Assembly: GCA_963733095.1 (NCBI GenBank)
Contig: CAVTBV010000016.1
Coordinates: forward strand, 114,985-178,984
Length of the DNA: 64,000 nt
Source: Candidatus Bathyarchaeota archaeon
GTDB lineage: Archaea; Thermoproteota; Bathyarchaeia; Bathyarchaeales; Bathycorpusculaceae
Direction: 5' to 3'
The notes beneath the pieces were generated by a model, which had not been told where the DNA came from, made no database searches, and worked only from the letters and a program-made list of their open reading frames with translations. Within the stretch, counting starts at the first letter, position 1. Every line of letters begins with the position of its first letter. This document shows positions 9,275 through 19,270 of this stretch, piece by piece. The position numbers and the translations under genes are program-made.

Positions 9275-10423
9275 TTAATATTTTTTGTGTAAATAACATC
9301 TAGTTCCGAAGGCGAGGGTAATCTGGGGGTTTAGCCGATGTTTAGATTTCATATGAACCAAATTTACCGTAATAAACACCGCTGCAGTCGCCACCAAGAT
9401 GAATACTAGAACGGTGAATTCCGGTAAAGTCTTCTCCTGTGGCAGGGAGGAGGAATCGGCTATCACTGAGACTTTGTTGCTCTCCGAATAGGTCACGAAC
9501 ACCTCACCTTTGCCAGAATCAAACGTCATGCCTTGAGGCTGTTTTGGCAAGGACAGATTCTCAATTACAGTGTTGTTGCTGTCTGACACTACTGAGAGCG
9601 AGGTTGAATTATATTTCGACACGAATATTCTGCCATTTCCAGAATCATACGCTAGGCAGTTAGGGCTAGTGCCAACTGTCACAGTTCCAACAATAAGGTA
9701 TGTTTCGTCTGAGACAATTGAGACCGTACTGGAATTATAGTTGGCTACAAATATTTCGCCCCTACCAGAATCATAGGCTAAGCTTAAGGGTTGATTTTCC
9801 ACCGTTATGTTGGCAACCACGGCGTTAGTTGTGTCAGATATCACCGCAACCTGATTGCAGCCAGCATGGCCAACAAATATCTCGCCTCTACCCGAATCGT
9901 AGGCTAAGGCACAAGGTTGACTTCCTACCTCTATGTTGGCGACAACTGTGTTGTTAACATCCGAGACCACAGAGACAGAACTTGAATTATAGTTGGCTAC
10001 GAAAACCTCACTTTTGCCCGAGTCATAAGCAACTGCAGAAGGAGCACTTCCAACCATAATGGTAGCAACTACGGTGTTGTTGCTGTCAGAAATCACTGAA
10101 ACCGAGTTGCCGCCATGGTTTGCAACAAAAATTTCGCCCTTCCCCGAATCATACGCTACGCCGTACGGCACACTCCCCACGGGCACGGTTGCTACTACAG
10201 TATTGGTACTGTCTGAGATTACATAGACCGAGTCGGTATCCCCATTAGCTACGAATACTTCGCCCATTTGGGAATCGTAAGCTAAACCATAACAACCGCC
10301 TGAATGCCCAAGAGAAATCGTTGCAACCACTGCAAGAGCGTGGACCTCGCTGGTTACTATTGGCAGTACAAGAACCGTATTGATTAAAAGCAAGATGGAA
10401 ACGATTTTTCTTAGTTGCTTCAC
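9275..10423 (-). CDS. YncE/YVTN beta-propeller surface protein with PEF-CTERM-like anchor
   Basis: Signal peptide, ~7 repeats of AYDSGKGEIFVAN...VSVISD..N.VVA.I.VG..P, C-terminal LPEF + TM + basic residues. Confidence 0.85.
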   Translation of the reverse strand: MKQLRKIVSILLLINTVLVLPIVTSEVHALAVVATISLGHSGGCYGLAYDSQMGEVFVANGDTDSVYVISDSTNTVVATVPVGSVPYGVAYDSGKGEIFVANHGGNSVSVISDSNNTVVATIMVGSAPSAVAYDSGKSEVFVANYNSSSVSVVSDVNNTVVANIEVGSQPCALAYDSGRGEIFVGHAGCNQVAVISDTTNAVVANITVENQPLSLAYDSGRGEIFVANYNSSTVSIVSDETYLIVGTVTVGTSPNCLAYDSGNGRIFVSKYNSTSLSVVSDSNNTVIENLSLPKQPQGMTFDSGKGEVFVTYSESNKVSVIADSSSLPQEKTLPEFTVLVFILVATAAVFITVNLVHMKSKHRLNPQITLAFGTRCYLHKKY

Positions 10424-10436
10424 AGGTTGTTTCTCC

Positions 10437-11717
10437 TTAAGTACCCAGTCTTTGTTTGCTGCGTTGGTCTTTCGTACTCTTTCTTGTCTTTACTGCAACT
10501 ATAAGCGTAACTGCTACAACAAGAACCAAAGCTGCGTCCACAAACGGTAACAGTTGAGACAAAACTGCCCCGCCTTGCTGAATGTCAAATTTTGCAAGCC
10601 ACACATGACCATCCTTCGAGCCCACTATGATGTAGCCGCCGTCTTTGGCGTTTATGAGGGAGTTGAAGCTTGCCTCCAACCCCACAGGCAACTTTACATC
10701 TGAAAGAGCAGTATACGAAACTTGGTTGCCTACTGGGTCAGTTAGGATTAATTGAACATCAGTCATGTTTGAAATCGACAAAAACAAGTATCCACCGTTT
10801 GGGGTTTCGACCGCAGAGGTTATGGAGCTGTGCGCGACACCGTAGGTTTGATTCCACTGCATGTTCCAATCCGCATCGGTTTTGACCACCCACGCGTTCT
10901 TCTGCCAAAGGTAACCCGCCAACAAGTACCCGCCGTCGCTGGTTGCTATGGCAAAGTTGCATTCAGGTTGATAGTAGTAGCCTTCGCCGCCGTAAAGTGT
11001 GGACGCCACCACATTTCCGTGGGAATCCAACTTTATGAGTCTAAAGAACGCGTGGTTTGGGTCGAATATGTAACTGACATCAGAAAGAACATAGCCGCCA
11101 TCTGAGGTTTGGAAGACACTTGAGGGGCAATCCGCTAAAGGCCCAGAAATTGTTCTGTTCCACAGCATGTTTCCTGAGGAGTTGGTTTTGACAAACCAAA
11201 TCCAGCCTAAGCCTTCATCGACTAATTGTCCGAAGCCTGCAATAGCGTATCCGCCGTCGCTAGTTTGGATTATAGATTGGAGGTAGTTAATGGGAGCTCC
11301 CGAACTGTAGGTTTTGTTCCACTCGATGTTACCAGCTGAATCGGTTTTGACTACCGTGTAGAGGTGATCCATGATTCCCGCCACGACAAAGCCGCCGTCA
11401 GCAGTAGGGTGAAGACGGGGCAAGGTAGTGTTTGCTGGATCAAGTATGATTGGGTGTGACCATACTCCCTGGTTTGAGGAGTCAAGTTTTGTGAGGAAAG
11501 TGCAGGTTCCGTTGACAGTGTTGAGGACTAAGCTGCCGTCGCTTAGCTGGTACACGGAGTAGCCTACCGTGCCAGGCAAATCTGTCTGCAACTCTATGGG
11601 CGAAGACACTGAAGATGAAACCTTTGCTGAACTAGTCGCAAATGAAAGCCAAACAACACTTAACGCTAAGAACACTAAAACAACAACTGCAGACAGAACG
11701 ATTGCTTTCCGCAACAT
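10437..11717 (-). CDS. Membrane-anchored beta-propeller repeat surface protein
   Basis: Signal peptide, repeated TSDGGY..AG...K.D..GN..W..TY, C-terminal TM + KR-rich tail. Confidence 0.75.
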   Translation of the reverse strand: MLRKAIVLSAVVVLVFLALSVVWLSFATSSAKVSSSVSSPIELQTDLPGTVGYSVYQLSDGSLVLNTVNGTCTFLTKLDSSNQGVWSHPIILDPANTTLPRLHPTADGGFVVAGIMDHLYTVVKTDSAGNIEWNKTYSSGAPINYLQSIIQTSDGGYAIAGFGQLVDEGLGWIWFVKTNSSGNMLWNRTISGPLADCPSSVFQTSDGGYVLSDVSYIFDPNHAFFRLIKLDSHGNVVASTLYGGEGYYYQPECNFAIATSDGGYLLAGYLWQKNAWVVKTDADWNMQWNQTYGVAHSSITSAVETPNGGYLFLSISNMTDVQLILTDPVGNQVSYTALSDVKLPVGLEASFNSLINAKDGGYIIVGSKDGHVWLAKFDIQQGGAVLSQLLPFVDAALVLVVAVTLIVAVKTRKSTKDQRSKQRLGT

Positions 11718-11934
11718 CACACCCACCAATCAATAGATAAAAGGGACATTTAATTCTACTCAAAGAACACTTTGTTCCAGCTCTGGAACACCTATCTGCA
11801 GCCCAATATCCAAGTATTGTAGAAATGATAGAGGGGTAGAAGTCCCTAAGAGGGGTAGGCCGTATTTGGTTTTCAGCTACCATTAAATGTTGAAAATCAG
11901 TAATTTAGAAAAGAAAAAGATGCAGAGAGCAGTC

Positions 11935-14900
11935 TTACCATTTTTTCCATGGTAACTCGTCCATGTACTCGTTTAAGCTGCGGATGCTGTTACCGTTTTG
12001 TCCTTTCTGCTTGAGCACTTCCACAAGAGCCGCGGCAAGTTGCAGGTTGGTGATGACGGGTATGTTGAATTCTACTGCTTGGCGCCGGATTATGTAGCCG
12101 TCGGTTAAGATATCAGAGAAACTGGAGCGCCGGTTTGCCATTGGCACGTTGATTACTAGGTCGATTTTGCGTTCCTGTAGGTAATCCATTATGTTTGGGC
12201 TGACTTGTGCTTCCTTGACTTTGTAGAGTACTGTGGCAGATACGCAGTGGTCATTGAGTACGTCGGCTGTGTGTTGGGTTGCGTAGATTTTGAAGCCCAT
12301 CTCAGCCAGCGCTTTAGCAATCGGCACAACACGAGCTTTGCGTTCTTGGTCGCCGCCGACGCTGATGAAGACTTTGCCGTCTTTTGGCGGTATCGTAAAT
12401 TCAGCCGACTGCAAGGCTTTGCTGAAGGCGTCTGAGAAGTTTTCGCCTAAACAAGCGACTTCACCTGTGCTGAGCATTTCCACGCCCAAAACTGGGTCGG
12501 CACCGCTAAGGCGCATGAAACTGAACTGTGGAACCTTCACACCAACATGAGGCGCAACCTGCATTGGAGAGAGCTTGACGCCGTCGATTTTTTTGCCAAG
12601 CATCGCCAAAGTGGCGAGATCTATCATGTTTATGCCGCGTGTTTTACTTACAAAGGGCATGGAGCGGGAGGCGCGTAGGTTGCATTCGATGACGTTGACG
12701 ACGTCGTCTTTGACTAGGTACTGTATGTTGTAGGGTCCATGTATATTGAGGGCTTTAACGATGCTGATTGTGCATTCTTCGACTTTCTTTTGAACCTCAA
12801 TCTTAAGTGCTTGAGGCGGAATAGTCATGGTTGCATCGCCACTGTGGACACCAGCGTTCTCAACATGCTCCATTATGGCGCCGATGAACACATTTTCGCC
12901 GTCCGAAACACCGTCCACTTCGACCTCTTTGGCGCGGTTAATGAACTTGCTAATGACAACTGGGTGGTCGCGTCCAACCTTAGCGGCCAAGTTAAGGAAG
13001 TTCTCAAGCGAAGCCTCGTTGTAGGCAACGCGCATAGCTGAACCCGACAGCACATAACTTGGTCGGACGATGACGGGGTAACCGATTTTGTCTGCAAAAC
13101 GCTTTGCCTCGGCGATGGATTGCAGTTTACTCCAGCCAGGTTGGCTGATGCCGAGTTGGTCGAGGAGGGCACTGAATTTTGATCGGTCTTCGGCTAAATC
13201 GACGTCTTCCGCGGAGGTGCCGAGCAGTTTTATGCCTGCTTTGGAGAGCGGCATGGCTAAGTTGTTGGGGATTTGTCCGCCTACACTTGTAATGACGCCT
13301 AAGGGGTTTTCTTTTTCGTAAATGTCCAAAATGCGCTCGATGGTAAGTTCTTCAAAGTAGAGTTTGTCGGAGACATCATAGTCTGTGGAGACGGTTTCAG
13401 GGTTATAGTTAACCATGATGGCTTCTTGTATGCCGTTCTTCTTTAGTGCCCAAATCGTGTTGACACCACACCAATCGAACTCAACACTTGAACCAATTCG
13501 GAAGACACCAGCGCCCAAAACGATAACTTTGCTTGGAGTTGTTGAAAGTTCTATATCGTCTTCGTCTCCACCGTAGGTGAGATAGAGGTAATTAGTTTTG
13601 GCGGGCCACTCCGCTGCCAAAGTATCTATTTGTTTGATTGATGGAATAATGTTGGCATTTTTCCGAAATGCCCTGATTGTAAATTCGTCTGTTTTTTGGC
13701 ATTCAGCTATTTGCTCGTCTGAGAACCCGATGCGTTTAGCTTCGCGGATAGTCTCTATAGATGACGCTTCTGCAATGTTTAGAGTACGCAGTTTGGCTTC
13801 CATACCAATTATGTTTTGGATTTTGTAGAGGAAGAAGGGGTCTACACCGCTTAAACGGTAGATCTCCATTATTGGGATACCGATTTTGAGGGCTTTGGCA
13901 ATCTTGTAGAGGCGCTCGTCTGTTGGGTGTGCCATTTCGTCCCTGAGGAACTCTTCTGTCTCAGGCTCCGAATCTTCAGGGTTACAGACGAGTCCAATCT
14001 TGCCTATGTCAAGCATGCGGACAGCTTTCTGAAGCGCTTCTTCAAAACATCGGCCAATCGCCATAACCTCGCCCACTGAACGCATCTGGGGACCAACATG
14101 ACGGTCTGCATTCTTGAACTTCTGCAAATCCCAACGTGGAATCTTTACAGTTATGTAATCCAAGGCTGGTTCGAAGCATGCGGTTGTGACTTCGGTGACT
14201 TTGTTTATGAGTTCGGGCAAAGTGTAGCCCAAGGTAAGTTTTGTTGCGATGTAGGCAAGGGGATAGCCTGTAACTTTACTGGCGAGTGCAGAACTGCGAG
14301 ACATGCGGGAGTTAACTTCGATAACGCGGCATTCTTCGGATTTGGAGTGGAGCGCCCACTGGATGTTGCATTCGCCCACGATTCCTAAGCTGCGGATCGC
14401 GTTTATGGAGATTGAGCGGATCTGGTGGTATTCGCGGTTAGTCATGGTTTGTGACGGCGCAACAACGATGCTATCGCCTGTATGGATGCCCATGGGGTCA
14501 AAGTTTTCCATGTTGCAAACCGTTAAGCAGTTGTCGGCGTAGTCACGCATGACTTCGTACTCTACTTCTTTCCAGTGCCCCACGTACTCTTCTACAAGAA
14601 CCTGATTAATTCGGCTTTGGGCAATGCCCACGGTTACGATTTCTTTGAGTTCCTTTTCGTTGTGTGCCACACCTGCACCTTTCCCGCCCAAAGTGTAAGC
14701 AACACGGATCATAACCGGGTATTTGATTTCTTCAGCAATCGCTAAAGCTTGCTTCACACTGGTGGCCGCTCGACTTTTTAGGTAGGGAACTCCAGCTTTT
14801 TGCATGGCTTGGCGGAAGCGTTCACGATCACCAGTATCTTCGATGGCCTGGACAGGGGTACCTAAAACTTTGACGTTGTACTTTTGAAGAATCCCTGTTT

Positions 14901-15210
14901 TTTCAAGTTCTAAGCCGCAGTTTAGGGCCGTTTGTCCGCCGAAGCCCAGCAGGATACCGTCGGGACGTTCTTTTTCGATGACTTTTTCGACGAATTCGGG
15001 TGTAACTGGCAAAAGATAGACTTTCCCAGACAACCGTGGGTCAGTCTGTATGGTGGCGATGTTTGGGTTAATTAGGACCGTCTCGATGCCTTCCTCGCGG
15101 AGAGCCTTTAGACATTGGCTGCCCGAATAGTCGAATTCGGCGGCTTCCCCGATTTTAATGGCGCCGCTGCCCAAAACAAGAACCTTCTTTATCCAATCAA
15201 ACTTGGGCAT
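11935..15210 (-). CDS. carB: Carbamoyl-phosphate synthase large subunit
   Basis: GSGAIKIGEAAEFDYSG, duplicated ATP-grasp halves, C-terminal MGS domain; 1091 aa. Confidence 0.98.
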   Translation of the reverse strand: MPKFDWIKKVLVLGSGAIKIGEAAEFDYSGSQCLKALREEGIETVLINPNIATIQTDPRLSGKVYLLPVTPEFVEKVIEKERPDGILLGFGGQTALNCGLELEKTGILQKYNVKVLGTPVQAIEDTGDRERFRQAMQKAGVPYLKSRAATSVKQALAIAEEIKYPVMIRVAYTLGGKGAGVAHNEKELKEIVTVGIAQSRINQVLVEEYVGHWKEVEYEVMRDYADNCLTVCNMENFDPMGIHTGDSIVVAPSQTMTNREYHQIRSISINAIRSLGIVGECNIQWALHSKSEECRVIEVNSRMSRSSALASKVTGYPLAYIATKLTLGYTLPELINKVTEVTTACFEPALDYITVKIPRWDLQKFKNADRHVGPQMRSVGEVMAIGRCFEEALQKAVRMLDIGKIGLVCNPEDSEPETEEFLRDEMAHPTDERLYKIAKALKIGIPIMEIYRLSGVDPFFLYKIQNIIGMEAKLRTLNIAEASSIETIREAKRIGFSDEQIAECQKTDEFTIRAFRKNANIIPSIKQIDTLAAEWPAKTNYLYLTYGGDEDDIELSTTPSKVIVLGAGVFRIGSSVEFDWCGVNTIWALKKNGIQEAIMVNYNPETVSTDYDVSDKLYFEELTIERILDIYEKENPLGVITSVGGQIPNNLAMPLSKAGIKLLGTSAEDVDLAEDRSKFSALLDQLGISQPGWSKLQSIAEAKRFADKIGYPVIVRPSYVLSGSAMRVAYNEASLENFLNLAAKVGRDHPVVISKFINRAKEVEVDGVSDGENVFIGAIMEHVENAGVHSGDATMTIPPQALKIEVQKKVEECTISIVKALNIHGPYNIQYLVKDDVVNVIECNLRASRSMPFVSKTRGINMIDLATLAMLGKKIDGVKLSPMQVAPHVGVKVPQFSFMRLSGADPVLGVEMLSTGEVACLGENFSDAFSKALQSAEFTIPPKDGKVFISVGGDQERKARVVPIAKALAEMGFKIYATQHTADVLNDHCVSATVLYKVKEAQVSPNIMDYLQERKIDLVINVPMANRRSSFSDILTDGYIIRRQAVEFNIPVITNLQLAAALVEVLKQKGQNGNSIRSLNEYMDELPWKKW

Positions 15211-16374
15211 TTACTTGACCTCCAAGGTTTTAGCAAACTTGTCAAACAGCATTTCAGTGTCGTATGGTCCCGGTGATGCTTCAGGATGCCATTGAACTGC
15301 GAAAACTGGCTTGTTTTTATGTTTAACACCCTCGGTGGTTTTGTCGTTGGGGTTGATGAACCAGGGTTCAAGCGACGTATTATTGAGTGACTCCATGTTT
15401 ACTGCGTAACCGTGATTTTGCGTCGTAATGTAGCATCGCTTATTATACATGTCGAGTGCGGGTTGGTTTTGAGCGCGGTGACCAAACTTTAACTTGTAGG
15501 TGTCTCCGCCCAATGCCAAGGTGAGAATTTGTGCACCAAGACAGATGCCCATTAAGGGAAGCTTATCGGATAACTCGCGTATTGCTTCAATGGTTTTGGT
15601 GCATTTCTTGGGGTCGCCTGGACCGTTGCTTACGAAAATGCCGTCTGGGTTGTAAGAGAGGACTTCACAGGCTGAGGTGTCGTATGGTACGCGTGTTACG
15701 TTTATGCCTCGTTTGAGGAGGTTGCGGATTATGCTGTACTTGACGCCGCAGTCGATTAAGACCACACTCTTTTTTGCATCTTCAACTGTGTAGGTACAGG
15801 GTTTTTTCACCGAGACTTCCTTAACAAGGTCTGTTTGGTTTGGATCGACAATGCTTTTGCCGTTCTTTAGCAGTGCATTCAAGTTGGGTTCTTCGCCTGC
15901 TTCAAAAACCTGCAAAATCCCCAGCATGACACCGTGGGTACGAAGCTTCTTGGTTAAGCGTCTTGTGTCAACACCATAGATTCCAGGAACCCCTTCGTCT
16001 GCTAGCCACTTATCGAGAGTCCTTGTGGATGCCCAATGGAACGGCTCAAGGCAAAGCTCATGGATAACTAAGCCTTGGACTTGAATGTGGTCACTCTCGA
16101 AGTAAAGAGGCAAGCCAAGGTTTTGTTCGTTGGATGGAACGCCGTAGTTTCCAACCATCGGATAAGTGAACGTTAAAACCTGCCCCTTATACGACGGGTC
16201 CGTAAGCGCTTCGGGGTAACCAACCATCTGAGTTGAAAAAACAACTTCCCCAGAGATTTTTCCTGTTGCACCAAAACCTTTACCGATAAAGGACGTTCCG
16301 TCTTCAAGAAGCAGTATCGCTTTTTTATCTTTGTTTTCGGATGTTCTATTTTGTGGGAACAAAGCCCTATTCAA
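15211..16374 (-). CDS. carA: Carbamoyl-phosphate synthase small subunit
   Basis: LTDPSY, SNGPGDP, GICLG, QNHGY, QWHPEA. Confidence 0.97.
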   Translation of the reverse strand: MNRALFPQNRTSENKDKKAILLLEDGTSFIGKGFGATGKISGEVVFSTQMVGYPEALTDPSYKGQVLTFTYPMVGNYGVPSNEQNLGLPLYFESDHIQVQGLVIHELCLEPFHWASTRTLDKWLADEGVPGIYGVDTRRLTKKLRTHGVMLGILQVFEAGEEPNLNALLKNGKSIVDPNQTDLVKEVSVKKPCTYTVEDAKKSVVLIDCGVKYSIIRNLLKRGINVTRVPYDTSACEVLSYNPDGIFVSNGPGDPKKCTKTIEAIRELSDKLPLMGICLGAQILTLALGGDTYKLKFGHRAQNQPALDMYNKRCYITTQNHGYAVNMESLNNTSLEPWFINPNDKTTEGVKHKNKPVFAVQWHPEASPGPYDTEMLFDKFAKTLEVK

Positions 16375-16375
16375 C

Positions 16376-17887
16376 CTATAACTTTGAATTTTTAAGTCTT
16401 CCGTTTTTGGAAGAAATTGATTGAGAATGTGATTTCACGGTCGAGTTGAGGGTGTTTTCTGCGTTTGCAAGGTTTGTTTGGAGTTTAATTATGTTTGTTT
16501 TTGTCTGTGTCAGGGTTTTACTTGTGGATATGATTGCTCTTTCGACCTCTGCGGGTGATGGACCACCTTGAACTTTATAGGTTTCGACTAGTTCGCGGGG
16601 ATTTATGCATTCAACTATGTCTAATCTTTTCACAGTTAATTTGATTCCAGACGATTCTTGAGCTACTTTTGCTAATAATTCAGGGGTTGCCTCGAGTAAA
16701 GTCTGTTTTGAATCGACAAGTACCTTCACTAAAGCGCCAACTATCTTGTGGGAGGTTCGGAAAGCCACATTGTACTTTCGTACGAGCATGTTGGCAAGTT
16801 CTGTAGCGCCCACAAAGCCTGCGGCGGCTTTGCCTTCGACGTTTGAGGATACTTTCAGGTTAGGAATGAGTTGTGCGAATATGTTCAATGCAGCGTGCAG
16901 GTTATCAGTTGATGCCCAGAGCTTGGGCGTTATCTCTTGGAAGTCAAGGTTGTAGGTTGTCGGCAAGCTCTTGAGGGCAGCGGCTGAAGCAACAAAATCG
17001 CCCAGTGCATAGCTGGCTCTTGCACGGATAACTTCGAGAACTTCAGGGTTCTTCTTCTGGGGCATTATGCTGCTGGTTGATGTGAACTCGTCGGGCAACT
17101 CAACGGTTCCAAACTCTGGCGAACTCCAGATAATCAGATCTTCCGCTAAGCGGCTTAAATTCACTGCAAGCAACGTAAGTGCTGATTGGGTTTCGAGGAT
17201 GAAGTCTCGGCTGCCAACTGCATCGATCGAGTTTTCTAGCACTGTGTCGAAGCCTAAGAGTTCAGCCGTTGTTTTTCGGTTTATCGGAAAACTTGTTGTT
17301 GCGAGTGCTCCAGCGCCTAGAGGGCAAAGGTTAACGCGCGTGTAAACGCTTTGCAATCTTTGCAGGTCGCGTCCTAATCCATCGACGTACGAGAGGAGGT
17401 AGTGGGCAAAGGTGACTGGTTGGGCTGGCTGCAGGTGAGTGTAAGCTAAGATGATTGTTTCTGTGTGTTTACCTGCAGTTGCCAGAAAACTCTCCTGCGT
17501 GTCTAGCACCTGTTGCATAATTCCCAATAGTTCCTTACGCAAGGCCATGCGGATGGCAGTTGTAACCTGGTCGTTTCTGCTCTTGGCAATGTGCAGGTTT
17601 CCGCCAACTTCAGGTCCCGTCTCGGCTAAAACCGCTTCCTCCACTGCCATGTGGATGTCTTCGGCGTCAGGGTCGAGTTTTTGGCTGTTTTGTTTGGCGA
17701 GGGCTGAGAGGATTTTTGCGCCATCCTGCCACTGAATGATTTTCTGCGTCATAAGCATAATGACGTGTGCCTTGTTTATGGATAAAACAGCGTCAGCTAA
17801 GCGTGCATCATCCTTGCGTGAAGAGGTAAACTTTGCAACATCTTCTCGGACATTGCCCAAGCGTCCCCCATGCAGCATCTTCGACGT
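16376..17887 (-). CDS. argH: Argininosuccinate lyase (start is either ACG 17887 or ATG 17878)
   Basis: SRNDQ, YTHLQPAQP, SSIMPQKKNP. Confidence 0.95.
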   Translation of the reverse strand, partial: TSKMLHGGRLGNVREDVAKFTSSRKDDARLADAVLSINKAHVIMLMTQKIIQWQDGAKILSALAKQNSQKLDPDAEDIHMAVEEAVLAETGPEVGGNLHIAKSRNDQVTTAIRMALRKELLGIMQQVLDTQESFLATAGKHTETIILAYTHLQPAQPVTFAHYLLSYVDGLGRDLQRLQSVYTRVNLCPLGAGALATTSFPINRKTTAELLGFDTVLENSIDAVGSRDFILETQSALTLLAVNLSRLAEDLIIWSSPEFGTVELPDEFTSTSSIMPQKKNPEVLEVIRARASYALGDFVASAAALKSLPTTYNLDFQEITPKLWASTDNLHAALNIFAQLIPNLKVSSNVEGKAAAGFVGATELANMLVRKYNVAFRTSHKIVGALVKVLVDSKQTLLEATPELLAKVAQESSGIKLTVKRLDIVECINPRELVETYKVQGGPSPAEVERAIISTSKTLTQTKTNIIKLQTNLANAENTLNSTVKSHSQSISSKNGRLKNSKL

Positions 17888-17926
17888 TTTTTCTGCCCTC
17901 CTGCCAATTTATTTTCGTTAAAAAAA

Positions 17927-19144
17927 TTAAGCCTTCTTTGCCGTGGGCTTCTTGTTGGCTTTCTTTAGAGAGTTGTACATTCTTGTTTGCAACCCCCAGA
18001 GTTCGATGAAGCCTTTGCTGTAGGATTGGTTGAAGCTGGTTTTGATGTTGTAGTTGGCTAGGTTTTTGTCGTAGAGTGAGTTTGGTGAGCTACGTCCAAT
18101 GACGATGAGGCTGCCCTTGTAGAGTTTGAGTTTGACTTCGCCTGTTACATTTTCTTGCGAGTGATTTATGTAGGCGTCTAAATCATCTTTTAAGGGGTCA
18201 ACCCACAAGCCAGCGTATGCTAAGAATACCCATTGAGCATCGATTTGTTGTTTGAAGAGGACCTGATGACGGGTCATGACCATTTTTTCGAGGTCTTTAT
18301 GCGCTTCCAATATGACAACGGCTGCGGGGCACTCATAGACTTCGCGTGATTTCAAACCGACAATACGGTCTTCTATATGATCGATGCGTCCGACGCCGTT
18401 TCTGCCAGCTATCTTGTTAACTTCCTCTATCAGTGGGAGAGGCGCCATTTTTTTGCCGTTAACCGCGACTGGGACTCCAAGGTCAAAGGTGATCGTGACT
18501 ATTTCTGGTTTGTCAGGGGCTTTTTCAGGAGCAACAGTCCATTCGTACGCATCGTCTGGTGGAACTTGGCTTGCGTCTTCGAGGAGTCCACATTCGATGG
18601 CTCGTCCCCAAACGCTTGCGTCGATGCTGTATTTTTTTGCTGCTTCAGAGACATGGATGCCTTTTGTTTTGGCGTAAGCTATTTCTTCTTCTCGGGTTAG
18701 ACCCCATTCGCGTATTGGAGCAAGAATCTGTTTTCCAGGTGCTAAGGCTCCAAGTGTTATGTCAAAACGAACTTGGTCGTTTCCTCTGCCGGTGCAGCCA
18801 TGAACTAAGCCTGTTGCACCTTCTTTTTCGGCGATTTCAACCATCTTTTTGGCGATTAATGGTCGGGATAGGCTTGTGCTTATGGGGTATTTGCCTTCGT
18901 AGAGGGCGTTAGCTTTTATGGCTGGGAAGATGTAGTCTTTGGCAAACTCGTCTTTGGCGTCGATTGAGAAATGTTTGACGACACCGAGTTTTTTAGCTTT
19001 TTCCTCAGCCCCTTTGATGTCTTCTTGTTGACCAACGTCAACGGTTACTGTTATTACTTGTGCGTTACATTTTTCTTGGAGGTACTTGATTAACACGGAT
19101 GTGTCTAATCCGCCGGAGTATGCTAGGATAAATTTTTCGGTAAT
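17927..19144 (-). CDS. argG: Argininosuccinate synthase (probable ATT start at 19144)
   Basis: In-frame upstream extension ITEKFILAYSGGLDTS contains the PP-loop; HGCTGRGNDQVRF; KSREVYE. Confidence 0.95.
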   Translation of the reverse strand: MTEKFILAYSGGLDTSVLIKYLQEKCNAQVITVTVDVGQQEDIKGAEEKAKKLGVVKHFSIDAKDEFAKDYIFPAIKANALYEGKYPISTSLSRPLIAKKMVEIAEKEGATGLVHGCTGRGNDQVRFDITLGALAPGKQILAPIREWGLTREEEIAYAKTKGIHVSEAAKKYSIDASVWGRAIECGLLEDASQVPPDDAYEWTVAPEKAPDKPEIVTITFDLGVPVAVNGKKMAPLPLIEEVNKIAGRNGVGRIDHIEDRIVGLKSREVYECPAAVVILEAHKDLEKMVMTRHQVLFKQQIDAQWVFLAYAGLWVDPLKDDLDAYINHSQENVTGEVKLKLYKGSLIVIGRSSPNSLYDKNLANYNIKTSFNQSYSKGFIELWGLQTRMYNSLKKANKKPTAKKA

Positions 19145-19200
19145 GTGATTGCTCCCCCATTTTTTGTTTTAAATTGTTTCCCTTACCTTGAGGGCTGTAT

Positions 19201-19260
19201 TTTTAAACCTTGTGACTTTTTTGTTACTTAACAAGCTTTAAATGTACCATTTGATACATT
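19201..19260 (-). promoter_or_regulatory. argG promoter element, shared with the lysW promoter
   Basis: TATA (TTTAAAA on -) plus a block 43/60 identical, ungapped, to 46541-46600. Confidence 0.7.
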
Positions 19261-19270
19261 CACAGACATC

